Positions 21,190-31,547 are shown, counted from the first letter of the stretch. The stretch is 64,000 nucleotides of DNA from Dehalococcoidia bacterium (GCA_965206395.1 CBDBJK010000027.1:4388-68387), one strand, 5' to 3'. Translations and numbers: made by a program. Notes: a model not told the origin generated them from the sequence alone.

Positions 21190-22116
21190 ATGAATCCGCA
21201 TGTGTTCGCAGGCAATCCGCTGAACCGAGGGGAAAGTGAGCGCCGTGACGAAGAGGGAATAAGTAACAGGGCGAAGGACTCAACGAGCAAGTTCCTGCCT
21301 ATGAAGGACCTGAATGTTCTCGTTACTGTAAGCGCCCAACCCGAACTCGGCTGGCTTAGCTTCGACGAATTGACGCAGATCGGAGCCAGTTCAACCCCGA
21401 TATTCCTGGGTCTATTGGAGGAAACAGCCTACTTCGCCATAGACGTTTCCAATCTTGACGACGCGGTGAGCCAGCTCCAGAGCAGTACGAACTGGAGGTT
21501 CGAGGATGCCAGGGCTGCCGCAGAAATGATCACTGGGCCGGAGGGAGGAATACTCGCTCAAGCCAGATCACAACTCGACTGGCACAACCGCAACAGCTTC
21601 TGTTCGGTGTGCGGACATCGGACAACTATGCAGCGAGCCGGACAGGCGCGGCAGTGTGACAAGTGTGAAGCCCATATTTATCCGCGCACCGATCCTGTAA
21701 TCATCGCTGTAGTATCAGATAGGAACCGCTGCCTGCTTGGTCAATCTCGCGGACGTATGGCAAGCTCGAACAGGTACTCCGCTCTCGCAGGATTCGTCGA
21801 TCAGGGTGAATCGATTGAGGAGGCTGTAGCCAGAGAAGTCATGGAGGAGGCGGGAATCAGGATAAAGAACGTTAGATACCATTCCTCCCAGCCGTGGCCG
21901 TTCCCATCGTCATTGATGATAGGCTGTCATGGCGAGGCGTTGACCACTGACATTTCGATGGATGCCGAAGAGATGGCAGACGTAAGGTGGTTTGAACGCG
22001 AAGAGGTGCTGCTTGCCCTGGAAGGTAACAGTGAGAAGCTGGCGGTTCCCGGACCGATTGCCATAGCCCATCACCTGATTAAGGCCTGGGCCACGAACAA
22101 AAGCCTCACTAACTGA
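21190..22116 (+). CDS. nudC: NAD(+) diphosphatase (NADH pyrophosphatase, Nudix)
   Basis: Zn ribbon CSVCGHRTT...CDKCEAHIYPRTDP followed by the Nudix box GFVDQGESIEEAVAREVMEEAGI and the SQPWPFPSSLM motif. Confidence 0.8.
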   Translation: MNPHVFAGNPLNRGESERRDEEGISNRAKDSTSKFLPMKDLNVLVTVSAQPELGWLSFDELTQIGASSTPIFLGLLEETAYFAIDVSNLDDAVSQLQSSTNWRFEDARAAAEMITGPEGGILAQARSQLDWHNRNSFCSVCGHRTTMQRAGQARQCDKCEAHIYPRTDPVIIAVVSDRNRCLLGQSRGRMASSNRYSALAGFVDQGESIEEAVAREVMEEAGIRIKNVRYHSSQPWPFPSSLMIGCHGEALTTDISMDAEEMADVRWFEREEVLLALEGNSEKLAVPGPIAIAHHLIKAWATNKSLTN

Positions 22117-22148
22117 TTCCGAAGGCTCGGCCCATCGAAGAAATGCCC

Positions 22149-22976
22149 CTAAATTTTCGCTAACTTGGTGACTCCCGCCTGGTTGCCCGCGAGGTAGATG
22201 TTACCCTGGGTGTCGACCCACATGCCATGACCGTTATAGGGCGTACGGCCCCGGGTAACCATCTCACCATTAGCGTTCAGCATAGTAATCCTTGGAATCT
22301 GATCTGTGACATAAAAGGTGCCCTCTCGATCCATGAAAATGTCCATGGGGTGGAAAAAGTCTTGCCACTCTTCGATGTAGTCCCCTTCAACTGTGAAGAT
22401 TTGAACCCGGTTATTCTCGCGGTCGCAAACGTACACCCGTTCCTGGTCATCAACCCAGATCCCATGAGGCGTGGCGAACTGACCGGGGCCGTCACCACGA
22501 GAACCCCAAGATTTGATCAACGTGCCATCACTGGCGAACCTGTGTACGCGGGAATTGCCGTACCCATCGGCTATGAATATCTCACGACTAGGAGCTATCG
22601 CGATGTCCGCCGGATGGTTGAACGGATCGTGCAGGGACGGCTTCTCCCGGTTGCCGATTCGCATTAGAACATTGCCATCGATGTCGAACTTGATAACCTC
22701 GTGGGCGTCTCTATCCACAAGGTATATCTCGTCATCTGGTGTAATGAAAATTCCGTGTGCGTCGAGAATCTGCCCATCGCCCCAGGTTTTGAGCAGGTTG
22801 CCATCGCCGTCAAAGACTATCACCGGCGGGTCGCCCCTGCGAAACGCATACACGCGATCAGCGGAATCTGTGGCAATATGTGACACGTTGTCGAAGGCCA
22901 TTCCAGTGGGCAGCTTCCCGAAGGGATGAATGGCCTCGTAGGTATGGTCCCCTGTTCCCAAGATGTATCGGGTCAT
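22149..22976 (-). CDS. NHL-repeat beta-propeller protein (peptidylglycine amidating lyase-like)
   Basis: Repeated ...P.GI.VD..G.IYV.D..N.R..V.. units. The start is set at ATG 22976 with GGAGA upstream. The track start is GTG 23021. Confidence 0.65.
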   Translation of the reverse strand: MTRYILGTGDHTYEAIHPFGKLPTGMAFDNVSHIATDSADRVYAFRRGDPPVIVFDGDGNLLKTWGDGQILDAHGIFITPDDEIYLVDRDAHEVIKFDIDGNVLMRIGNREKPSLHDPFNHPADIAIAPSREIFIADGYGNSRVHRFASDGTLIKSWGSRGDGPGQFATPHGIWVDDQERVYVCDRENNRVQIFTVEGDYIEEWQDFFHPMDIFMDREGTFYVTDQIPRITMLNANGEMVTRGRTPYNGHGMWVDTQGNIYLAGNQAGVTKLAKI

Positions 22977-23228
22977 CCTGTCTCCAGTCGCGAATTCAGA
23001 TATTGAATCGTCTATAGCCACATAAAGATGTCATTTTCATCATGCCTGAAAAACTGGCACGGCCTCACAAAACGCCCTATGAACTCGAAAAGACTAGCAA
23101 ATGCCCTAGATGCTGTCAAACGGTGTGAGTTCTGGTACGTTGTCAGCGATGGCGAAGTTATTATAGTATGTTGCTTGAGCAAGACTGTGAGTGAGCTTAG
23201 GCTATCATCCAGGTTAGGAGACTAAAAG

Positions 23229-23864
23229 ATGACTACCACCAGTTTCACCGACGTTATTACGACAGAATCGGAGCTTCGGGAGGTTTTCGGATGGCCTTCG
23301 GAGCGAGCAGCAAACAAGCAAATCGACCGGCTTGACGAACACTGCCGCGCCATCATAAACAAAAGCCCGTTCCTGCTGCTCGGCACCTCTGCTCCGTCCG
23401 GTCGCTGTGACGTGTCCCCCAAGGGAGACTATCCCGGTTTCGTGCGGGTACTCGATGATAGGACTCTTGCGATTCCCGATCTGCCGGGCAACAACCGTCT
23501 CGACACGCTCACCAACATTCTGACCAATCCCCAGGTTGGCTTGATTTTCATGATACCAGGAATGAACGAAACCCTTCGCGTCAATGGTAAGGTGCGGCTG
23601 GTCCGAGACGCCGATCTACTCGAAAGCATGGCATACAAGGGAAAGCTGCCCAGGCTGGCAATTGTCGTAGACGTAGAGGAAGTGTTCACTCACTGCCCCA
23701 AGGCGTTCCTGCGCTCCAAGTTGTGGTCGGAAGAGTCCCGAATTGATCGAAACGAACTCCCCTCCTTCGCGGAGATTTTGCGTGATCATGTAGGAATAGC
23801 CGAGTGTGACGTAGAGGAGTTGCAGCGAGAACTTGACCACAAAACAGCCACGACGCTCCATTAA
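23229..23864 (+). CDS. PPOX-class FMN-binding flavoprotein (pyridoxamine 5'-phosphate oxidase family)
   Basis: SPFLLLGTSAPSGRCDVSPKGDYPGFVRVLDDRTLAIPDLPGNNRLDTLTNI matches the MSMEG_1061-type PPOX family. Confidence 0.7.
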   Translation: MTTTSFTDVITTESELREVFGWPSERAANKQIDRLDEHCRAIINKSPFLLLGTSAPSGRCDVSPKGDYPGFVRVLDDRTLAIPDLPGNNRLDTLTNILTNPQVGLIFMIPGMNETLRVNGKVRLVRDADLLESMAYKGKLPRLAIVVDVEEVFTHCPKAFLRSKLWSEESRIDRNELPSFAEILRDHVGIAECDVEELQRELDHKTATTLH

Positions 23865-23919
23865 ATCATTGCAGTCTAATCCGTCGTTGAACAAGTCCTA
23901 CAGGAAGGGGCAGAAACTA

Positions 23920-25701
23920 ATGAGTAAGCAGGCAACGAATCACACTCCTGGAATTCATGGAGACTACGCCCACCGGCCTATGGTCTGGGGCACTAGAGGC
24001 ATGGTCGGTGGCGGAACGCAGCTGACGGCTCAAACGGGTATGCGCATACTCTGGCAGGGCGGGAACGCGATAGATGCCGCTGTCGCATCGGCCCTGGCTG
24101 CCGGAGTGCTGGAGCCAACGGCCCATTACACGCTAGGCGGTGAGGTGGCAATGCTCTTCTACGATTCCGCCAGCAAGAAGGTTCGGTCTGTCGTAGGTCA
24201 AGGCTGGGCACCCAAAGCGGCTACTATAGACCTGTATATGGAGCGTTGGGGAGAGATACCGCCTGGGATACTCAGCACGACTGTCCCCGGAGTAATATCG
24301 GCGCTGCTCGCCATGCTGTCCGAGTACGGCACGATGAGCTTCAGGCAGGTCTCGGAAAGCGCCCTCGCCCTCGCCGGCGACGGCTTTCCTGCTTATCAAC
24401 TCTTCACTCGCACGATAGCTACGCCCAACCGTATGGAGAATCTGCAAAAGTACCCAGATTCCGCGCGTGTCTTTCTGCCCGACGGCAGGCCACCAGCATT
24501 GGGAACTATTTTCAAGCAAACTGACCTGGCACGTACCTTGTTATTGATGACGCAAGCTGAAGACAGCTCCCTGAACGGCGGCAAGTCGCGGGAGACAGCC
24601 ATTCAATCCGCGCGCGATGTTTTCTACAAAGGGGATGTCGCAAAAAGAATGGTTTCTGCTCTCGAAGACCTGGGCGGGTTGTATACGTTTGATGACTTCG
24701 CCGAGTACGAGTCTCCGTTCGAGGAGCCTATCTCGACGACCTACAGGGGCTATGAGATTTTCACCAACCGCACATGGACGCAGGGCATCACGCTTCTCCA
24801 GACACTGAATATCCTTGAAAGCTCCGACCTGTCATCCCTGGGACATAACAGCCCTGAAGCCATCCATCTGCAAGTGGAGGCGCTGAAGCTGGCCCTTGCC
24901 GATAGGGAGAAGTACGCCGGAGACCCAGCATTCGTTGACGTTCCTTTTGACGGGCTGCTGTCCAAGGATTACGCGGGGCTACGTCGCCATCTGCTGAATA
25001 CCGATAAAGCCCAGGCAGAGTATCCGGCGGGTGATCCCAGAAACATGCTTGCGGCTCTCAACGGACATCGGCAGGTAGAGTCAAGCCGTACAGCAGATGT
25101 TGCTTTTGACCAGGACGGTACGACACATCTCGCCGTCGTCGATTCTCAAGGGAACATGGTTTCCGCTACCCCTAGCAGCTTCGCCGCGCTGGCTCAGGGT
25201 ATGGTGCTGGGCGACACTGGCATCACCATAAACACCAGAGGCTGCTACTTCTGGCTAGACCATGACAATCCCAATGCTCTTGCGCCAAGAAAGAGACCTC
25301 GTACCACGCCCTGCACATTCATCGTGCTCAAAGACGGCAAGCCCTTCCTGACTTTGGGCACACCCGGAGGTGATAGTCAGACTCAGGCCTGCTTGCAGGT
25401 ATTCACAAACATTGTTGACTTTGGTTTGAACGTTCAGGAGGCCGTGTCCGCGCCTCGGTTCTGCGGTTACAGCTTCCCTCAATCGCCCTGGCCTCACGGG
25501 GTCGCGCCTAATCGGCTTGTCCTGGAAGGACGCATTTCACAGGAAGTCGGCGACAAACTGAGAGACAAAGGCCATAAAGTGGAGGTCGTTGGACCTTGGG
25601 CCATCGTAAATGGCTTTACGCCAATCATTGTTGATTCTGTCAATGGCGCTTATCGCGGCGGAGCAGACCCTAGACGAGAGTCCTTCATACTGGGCTGGTG
25701 A
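23920..25701 (+). CDS. Gamma-glutamyltransferase family protein (no signal peptide)
   Basis: GGT-type sequence with the autoprocessing-site context DQDGTTHLAVVD and a GTPGG motif. The start is set at ATG 23920 after AGGAAGGGG. No N-terminal hydrophobic segment is present. Confidence 0.85.
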   Translation: MSKQATNHTPGIHGDYAHRPMVWGTRGMVGGGTQLTAQTGMRILWQGGNAIDAAVASALAAGVLEPTAHYTLGGEVAMLFYDSASKKVRSVVGQGWAPKAATIDLYMERWGEIPPGILSTTVPGVISALLAMLSEYGTMSFRQVSESALALAGDGFPAYQLFTRTIATPNRMENLQKYPDSARVFLPDGRPPALGTIFKQTDLARTLLLMTQAEDSSLNGGKSRETAIQSARDVFYKGDVAKRMVSALEDLGGLYTFDDFAEYESPFEEPISTTYRGYEIFTNRTWTQGITLLQTLNILESSDLSSLGHNSPEAIHLQVEALKLALADREKYAGDPAFVDVPFDGLLSKDYAGLRRHLLNTDKAQAEYPAGDPRNMLAALNGHRQVESSRTADVAFDQDGTTHLAVVDSQGNMVSATPSSFAALAQGMVLGDTGITINTRGCYFWLDHDNPNALAPRKRPRTTPCTFIVLKDGKPFLTLGTPGGDSQTQACLQVFTNIVDFGLNVQEAVSAPRFCGYSFPQSPWPHGVAPNRLVLEGRISQEVGDKLRDKGHKVEVVGPWAIVNGFTPIIVDSVNGAYRGGADPRRESFILGW

Positions 25702-25750
25702 TTATCGAGCAAGCGCTTTGATGGCAAATTCTGGTCAGGAGGATATCAGT

Positions 25751-26746
25751 ATGGCCGAGTTACCGAATCGCTTTGGCATTGGACTGCCTGGGATGAACGT
25801 GCGGCAGAACATGGAGTTGGCTCGCTATGCCGACCAGAAGGGAGTTGACTCCATCTGGGTTATCGAGACTCGCCTGGCTGCCGATGCTATCACTCCCCTT
25901 GCGGTATATGCGTCCGCGACAGACCGCATTCGACTTGGCACAGGAATAATCCCATTGTGGACACGGAATCCCGCGCTCATAGCCCAGACATTCGCGACCC
26001 TGGATTTGCTTGCACCGGGTCGAGTAATTCTAGGCCTCGGAGCCTGGTGGGAGCCTCTGGCTGCGCGTACTGGCGTCAAGCGAGAGAAGTCTATACGGGC
26101 TATGCGAGAGGTCATCGAGTCGGTGCGGCTGCTTCTGTCCCTGAAGGAGCCTGTAACGTATCACGGCCAGTATGTACATATGGAAGACCTTTACCTGGAT
26201 CACGGCGAAACAAAGCCTCACGACGTGAAAATTTACATTGCGGCGGTGGGGCCGCAGATGTTGCGACTTGCGGGCCGAATCGCCGACGGCGTGGTGCTAA
26301 ATGCCAATCACACCGTGGATTCCATTCGCAGGGAGGTAGAGGAAATCAAAAGGGGTGCAGAGGCGGTTGGTCGGTCTCTTGACGAGATTGACCGGGTAGC
26401 GCCAATGCGCGTAGAAGTAACCCGTGACAAGAAGCAGGCCTTTCTGGAAGCCAAGCCTAGAATCGCCCAATATCTGGCGCAGCAGCCTCATATCGAAGGC
26501 CCGATGGAAGTAGACCCGGAACTGACCGAGCGATTGAGGGCCATGATTCCCTGGCCTGCGAGTGAACAGCAGGTTATGGACGGGGCAAAATTGATCCCAG
26601 ACGATGTGGTGGAAAGCCTGGGATGCTATGGCGACGAGGATGAAGTGAGGGCAAAGCTTCGAGAGTACATCGACGCAGGGATGAACTCGCCGACGATAGC
26701 TAGCGCCTCGAAAGAGACCATCGACTTCCTCGCACGAGGATTCTAA
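25751..26746 (+). CDS. LLM-class flavin/F420-dependent oxidoreductase
   Basis: Luciferase-like N-terminus (FGIGLPG...ARYADQKGVDSIWVIETR). The start is set at ATG 25751 after CAGGAGG. Confidence 0.8.
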   Translation: MAELPNRFGIGLPGMNVRQNMELARYADQKGVDSIWVIETRLAADAITPLAVYASATDRIRLGTGIIPLWTRNPALIAQTFATLDLLAPGRVILGLGAWWEPLAARTGVKREKSIRAMREVIESVRLLLSLKEPVTYHGQYVHMEDLYLDHGETKPHDVKIYIAAVGPQMLRLAGRIADGVVLNANHTVDSIRREVEEIKRGAEAVGRSLDEIDRVAPMRVEVTRDKKQAFLEAKPRIAQYLAQQPHIEGPMEVDPELTERLRAMIPWPASEQQVMDGAKLIPDDVVESLGCYGDEDEVRAKLREYIDAGMNSPTIASASKETIDFLARGF

Positions 26747-26788
26747 GACTACTGTTTTGAGATTTCCGACGATACATGGGGGCGAACT

Positions 26789-28366
26789 ATGCTCGATCTG
26801 CTGATTCGCAATGGGATGATTATAGACGGCACAGGCAATCCAGGTTTCTATGGAGCAATAGGCGTGGAGGGAGAGGAAATCCAGGTCTTGCGTGGAGACG
26901 TCAGCGACATAGAGGCAGTGCGAGTCATCGACGCCAGCGAGCACGTAGTTTGTCCCGGCTTCATAGACCTGCACTCACATGGAGGCCTGGTAATCCTCGG
27001 AGACCCCAAACACGAACCGAAGGTCCGTCAGGGAGTCACCACGGAGCTTATTGGAATCGACGGCAACTCTGTCGCTCCATTCAAAGACCAGGATGAGTTG
27101 CATCGCTTTATCGAGCTGGACTCCGGTCTGAATGGCAAGCCTCCTATGCCTGCCGAGTGGTCAACAGTGGCGGAATATCTGTCTATGTACGACAACAAGG
27201 TGGCAGTAAATATCTGTTACATCCTGGGCAACTCTCCGGTGCGCATCTGGTCGGTTGGCTGGAACGACAGGCCCGCCACAAAGGCCGAGATCGAGGACAT
27301 GAAAGCCGTCGTGCGAGAGGCCATGGAGGAAGGTGCTTGCGGGCTGTCCTCAGGCCTTGATTATCCGCCAGGGGCCTACGCCGACACCGACGAGCTTGTA
27401 GCGTTGTCCAGTGTGGTCGCTGCGCGGGGCGGCATGTACCATACCCACACTCGCGGCAGCCTTCGTCAGCATGGCCCTCTGGCCCCGTTCGAAGAAGCCC
27501 TTGAGATAGGCCGACGCAGCGAGGCTCCCGTTCATCTCACCCATTATTATCAGCGTGCGGTGCCTGGCGCTGGAAGCCACCTGGACTACATCGAGCTTAT
27601 CGAGAACGCCAGAAACGAAGGGATGGACGTAACCTTCGACTGCTACCCGTACACCTATTCCAGCACCAGGGTAATCATCTCTCTTCCTAACTGGACAAAA
27701 GACGGCGGCCCGGAACGAATCATTGAGGTGCTGAACTCTCCCGATGAGCGCGCCCGCCTGCGCGAAGAGATGAACGCCAACCCTCGCGGGCACCACGGCG
27801 AAGGCTGGCTGACCAATTTTCAGAAGCCCCACAACAAGCAGTACGAAGGCCATTCCCTCGCAGAGATCGGCAGAATACGCGGTCAGGAACCTCTAGATGC
27901 GTTATTCGACCTCCTGCTCGACGACGGCCTTGGTGTTTGCTCCATAGGAATGGGCGCCAATCCGCTCACGCTGCCCGCTTTCGTTTCCCATCCCTATGGC
28001 ATGGTCGGCAGCGACTCTATCCTTCTTGGAGATTTTCCCAGCCCTCGCACGTACGGATGCTTCCCGATGATCCTGGCGCAGTTCGTTCGCACCGAGAAAC
28101 ATCTCCGTTTGCCCGAAGCTATCCGCAAGATGACCTCCTTCGCCGCACAGCGTCTGGGTCTGAAAGACAGAGGCATTCTGCATGACGGCATGAAGGCGGA
28201 CATTGTGGTGTTCAACCCCAACACGGTCGAAGCGCCCGCGACGCGATGGCAACCCAAGCAGTTCCCTCTGGGAATACCATACGTAATCGTGAACGGGCAG
28301 GTGGTAATCGACAACGGCGAGCATACCGGCGCTGTTCCGGGTCGTGCTCTGCGCCACAGACGTTGA
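26789..28366 (+). CDS. N-acyl-D-amino-acid deacylase (D-aminoacylase) family amidohydrolase
   Basis: MLDLLIRNGMIIDGTGNPGF...VCPGFIDLHSHG is typical of the D-aminoacylase family. Confidence 0.8.
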   Translation: MLDLLIRNGMIIDGTGNPGFYGAIGVEGEEIQVLRGDVSDIEAVRVIDASEHVVCPGFIDLHSHGGLVILGDPKHEPKVRQGVTTELIGIDGNSVAPFKDQDELHRFIELDSGLNGKPPMPAEWSTVAEYLSMYDNKVAVNICYILGNSPVRIWSVGWNDRPATKAEIEDMKAVVREAMEEGACGLSSGLDYPPGAYADTDELVALSSVVAARGGMYHTHTRGSLRQHGPLAPFEEALEIGRRSEAPVHLTHYYQRAVPGAGSHLDYIELIENARNEGMDVTFDCYPYTYSSTRVIISLPNWTKDGGPERIIEVLNSPDERARLREEMNANPRGHHGEGWLTNFQKPHNKQYEGHSLAEIGRIRGQEPLDALFDLLLDDGLGVCSIGMGANPLTLPAFVSHPYGMVGSDSILLGDFPSPRTYGCFPMILAQFVRTEKHLRLPEAIRKMTSFAAQRLGLKDRGILHDGMKADIVVFNPNTVEAPATRWQPKQFPLGIPYVIVNGQVVIDNGEHTGAVPGRALRHRR

Positions 28367-28439
28367 TGGCATTAGTCAGTGATCTGAAATATAATGCTGC
28401 TTAAAAACCGACTCTGAATACAACATGGAGGGCCGAACT

Positions 28440-29228
28440 ATGCGACCAAATACGCTTCGGGAAAAGCTGAACGCTGGCAAACCAACCCTGAGTACGCACA
28501 TTCACACAGTCTGGCCGTCTGTCGTCGAGGTGCTAGGACACACCGGGCTGTATGACTACGTCGAGTTCGTGGCCGAGTACGGGCCATCCGACCTGCACGA
28601 CCTCGATAATCTCGCCCGCGCCGCGGAAATCTACAACATGGGCACCATGATGAAGGTCGATCAGAGCGCGCAAGCCTACCTTGCCCAGCGCGCAATCGGG
28701 TCTGGATTCAGCAGTGTGCTGTTCACCGACGCTCGAAGCGCGGACGACGTTCGCGAATGCATTCGAACGATCAAGCCCGACACGCCTGAAGACAACGGGC
28801 TGTACGGCGTTGCGACCCGCCGCCAGTCTTACATGGGTTACGGAGGCTCCAAGGAGTACGTCAAGGCGCTTCAGGACACCGTAGTCGCCATGATGATCGA
28901 AAAGAAGGGCGCGGTTGAAGACCTCGATGAGATACTCGAAATCCCTGGCATCGACATGGTGCAGTGGGGTGGCGCCGACTACTCCGTGAGCATTGGTCTC
29001 GCAGGTGAGCGCAATCACCCGGATGTCGTTGCGGCTCGCGACAGAGTGTTCAAATCTGCCATCGCGAAAGGAATCCCCGCACGAGCGGAGATCAACTCGG
29101 CTGACGATGCCAAGATGTACCTAGACATGGGAGTGCGCCACTTGTCCGTTGGCACCGACATCAACATCCTGTTCAACTTCTGGAAGAAGGAAGGTGAGGC
29201 CCTCCAGAAAGCGCTCGATGGAGCTTAA
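28440..29228 (+). CDS. HpcH/HpaI family aldolase
   Basis: N-terminus LREKLNAGKPTLSTHI plus later MIEKKGAVEDLDEILEIPGID. The start is set at ATG 28440 after GGAGGG. Confidence 0.8.
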   Translation: MRPNTLREKLNAGKPTLSTHIHTVWPSVVEVLGHTGLYDYVEFVAEYGPSDLHDLDNLARAAEIYNMGTMMKVDQSAQAYLAQRAIGSGFSSVLFTDARSADDVRECIRTIKPDTPEDNGLYGVATRRQSYMGYGGSKEYVKALQDTVVAMMIEKKGAVEDLDEILEIPGIDMVQWGGADYSVSIGLAGERNHPDVVAARDRVFKSAIAKGIPARAEINSADDAKMYLDMGVRHLSVGTDINILFNFWKKEGEALQKALDGA

Positions 29229-29310
29229 ATTGTAGGTTCAAGCGAAGTGCTGCCTAAGTCGAATTTATGGGAGCGGGATGATTGAATAGTTCCTATGTCT
29301 GGAGGAAGCA

Positions 29311-30201
29311 TTGAATTTCGGCATTACCATACCCAACAACTGGGGCATTGAAGACCCGCAGGACGTTTTCAACGTTGCCGTTCTCGCTGAGGAGATGGGA
29401 TACGACTCTATCTGGGTGAACCACCACGTATTCAACGCCGGGTACGTTAAGGAACGCCTTGGACAATTGCCGTACTACGACGCGCTCACGACGCTTACTT
29501 ACGCTGCGGCTCTCACGAAACGGGTGCGTCTAGGTACGACGGTGCTGGTGCTGCCGTACCTCAATCCGATGGTGCTGGCGAAGACGCTTGCGACTCTGGA
29601 TGTGTTTTCTGGCGGACGACTGATAGCAGGAGTTGGCGTCGGTGCGCTGCGACACGAATCAGATTCCCTAGGCAGCGACTATCACACGCGGGGCGCTTAC
29701 GCCAACGAAAGCATCGCTATCATGAAAGAACTCTGGACGAACGATGAGCCGAACTTCGAGGGACGTTTTTTTAGCTTTTCGGGCGTCCTCTTCTCGCCAA
29801 AACCTCTGCAAAAGCCTCATCCGCCGATTTGGGTGGGCGGAACGAGCAACGGTGCGCTGCGCCGCGTCGCGCGATATGGCGACGGTTGGCATCCCAATCG
29901 CATGTCCCCGGAAACGTTGCAAACGAGCATCGAAACCCTGAAGTCGTATCTTGACGACGCAGGGCGAAGCCTGGACGACATTACGCTGTCCGTACGCGCC
30001 GAACTGAACGTTTCGACATCGCCATCGTCTAACCCGGAGGAACCAATGGCCGGAACACCCGACCAGATAATACAGTCCATCGAGGCGTTTCGAAGTATCA
30101 GCGTGGAGGAGTTCGTGTTTCAGGTAAGCTCGACCAACATCGACGACATTAACCGAAACATGGAAGCATTCGCCGAGAAGGTCTTGCCAAGGTTGGGTTA
30201 A
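29311..30201 (+). CDS. LLM-class F420-dependent oxidoreductase
   Basis: Luciferase-like pattern (FGITIPN...AEEMGYDSIWVNHH...PHPPIWVGG). TTG start. Confidence 0.75.
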   Translation: MNFGITIPNNWGIEDPQDVFNVAVLAEEMGYDSIWVNHHVFNAGYVKERLGQLPYYDALTTLTYAAALTKRVRLGTTVLVLPYLNPMVLAKTLATLDVFSGGRLIAGVGVGALRHESDSLGSDYHTRGAYANESIAIMKELWTNDEPNFEGRFFSFSGVLFSPKPLQKPHPPIWVGGTSNGALRRVARYGDGWHPNRMSPETLQTSIETLKSYLDDAGRSLDDITLSVRAELNVSTSPSSNPEEPMAGTPDQIIQSIEAFRSISVEEFVFQVSSTNIDDINRNMEAFAEKVLPRLG

Positions 30202-30261
30202 TCTAACCGACTATAGCCTACTGAACCTGAGCATCCGCACACTGGAGAGTGACCGTATCTA

Positions 30262-31510
30262 GTGGTCCAACATCATTGAAATGAATACCATGATAGTCAT
30301 TGTTCCTCTTGGGGGTTCAATCGTAACGTTGAACCGAGGAGGAACCATGATGTCTACCAAGAAGTACCGTATCAGACTGACTACCGACGAACAACAGGAA
30401 CTCAACGCCTTGGTCTCACGCGGTCGGGCTGCGGCGTACAAACAGACCCATGCGCGCATTCTGCTGATGAGCGATGAGTCACGCTCGGACGGGGGAATGA
30501 AGGACGCGGACATCACCAGCGCGCTCGGTGTGGGACAGTCAACGGTCGAGCGAATACGCAAGCGCTGTGTGGAGGAGGGGGTTGAGTCTGCGCTGAATCG
30601 CAAAAAGCAACTGCGTCGGCGTCAAAAGAGACTGGACGGCGAAGGTGAAGCACGGTTGATAGCGATGGCCTGCGGGGAACCGCCGGAGGGGCGTGCCAGT
30701 TGGACCCTGAAGCTGTTGGCTGACCAGTTGGTCGAGTGTGAGATAGTCGGGACCATTAGCACCGAGACGGTTCGCCAGGCGCTTAAAAAAAAACGAACTG
30801 AAGCCGTGGCTGAAGCAGAGTTGGTGCATCCCGCCCGGTCAGAGCGCGGAGTTTGTGTGCGCGATGGAAGACGTGATGGAAGACGTACTGGAGGTCTACC
30901 AACGGCCGTACGATGGGAATGAGGTTCTGGTGTGCATGGATGAGACGAGCAAACAGCAAGTCAAGGAGACGCGAGTGCCGCGTCCCGCAGCGCCCGGCTT
31001 ATCGGCGGCATACGACTACGAATACGAGCGCAATGGAGTGAGCAGCCTGTTCATGCTGTTTGCACCGTTGGACGGATGGCGCCGAGTCGAGGTCAGAGAG
31101 CGTCGCACGAAGGTGGACTGGGCGCATGTGATAAAGAAACTGGTCGACGAGGACTACCCTGACAGAGACCGGATCGTGCTGGTAATGGACAATCTCAACA
31201 CTCACAAGCTGTCCTCGCTATACGAGGCATTCGAGCCTGCTGAGGCGAGGCGTATAGCTGAGCGACTGGAGATACACTACACTCCCAAACACGGGAGTTG
31301 GTTGAATATGGCGGAGATAGAGATCGGTGTGCTGGCTCGACAGTGCCTGGACCGACGGATTGCCAATCAAGACATCCTGCGCGGCGAGGTCAATGCTTGG
31401 CAGAATCAACGCAACCGGGATGTGATACGAGTGGATTGGCGCTTCACTACCGAGGATGCGCGCATCAAGCTAAAGTCACTCTACCCATCAATACAAAAAC
31501 GTTGAACCAC
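30262..31510 (+). mobile_element. IS630 family insertion sequence, copy 1 (1249 bp)
   Basis: Ends GTGGTCCAAC...GTTGAACCAC (9/10 inverted) flanked by TA within CTAG on both sides. It is identical to the copy at 59526-60762 except for one SNP and a 12-bp tandem duplication. Confidence 0.9.
30347..31505 (+). CDS. IS630 family transposase, encoded in two frames joined at an A9 run
   Basis: The HTH part (30347-~30793) and the DDE part (...KNELKPWLKQSWCIPP...MDNLNTHK...) are in different frames. The join lies in AAAAAAAAA at 30785-30793. Confidence 0.8.
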
Positions 31511-31547
31511 TAGTTCGGTTGGCGACATTATTCCTGCCTCTTGCGGA

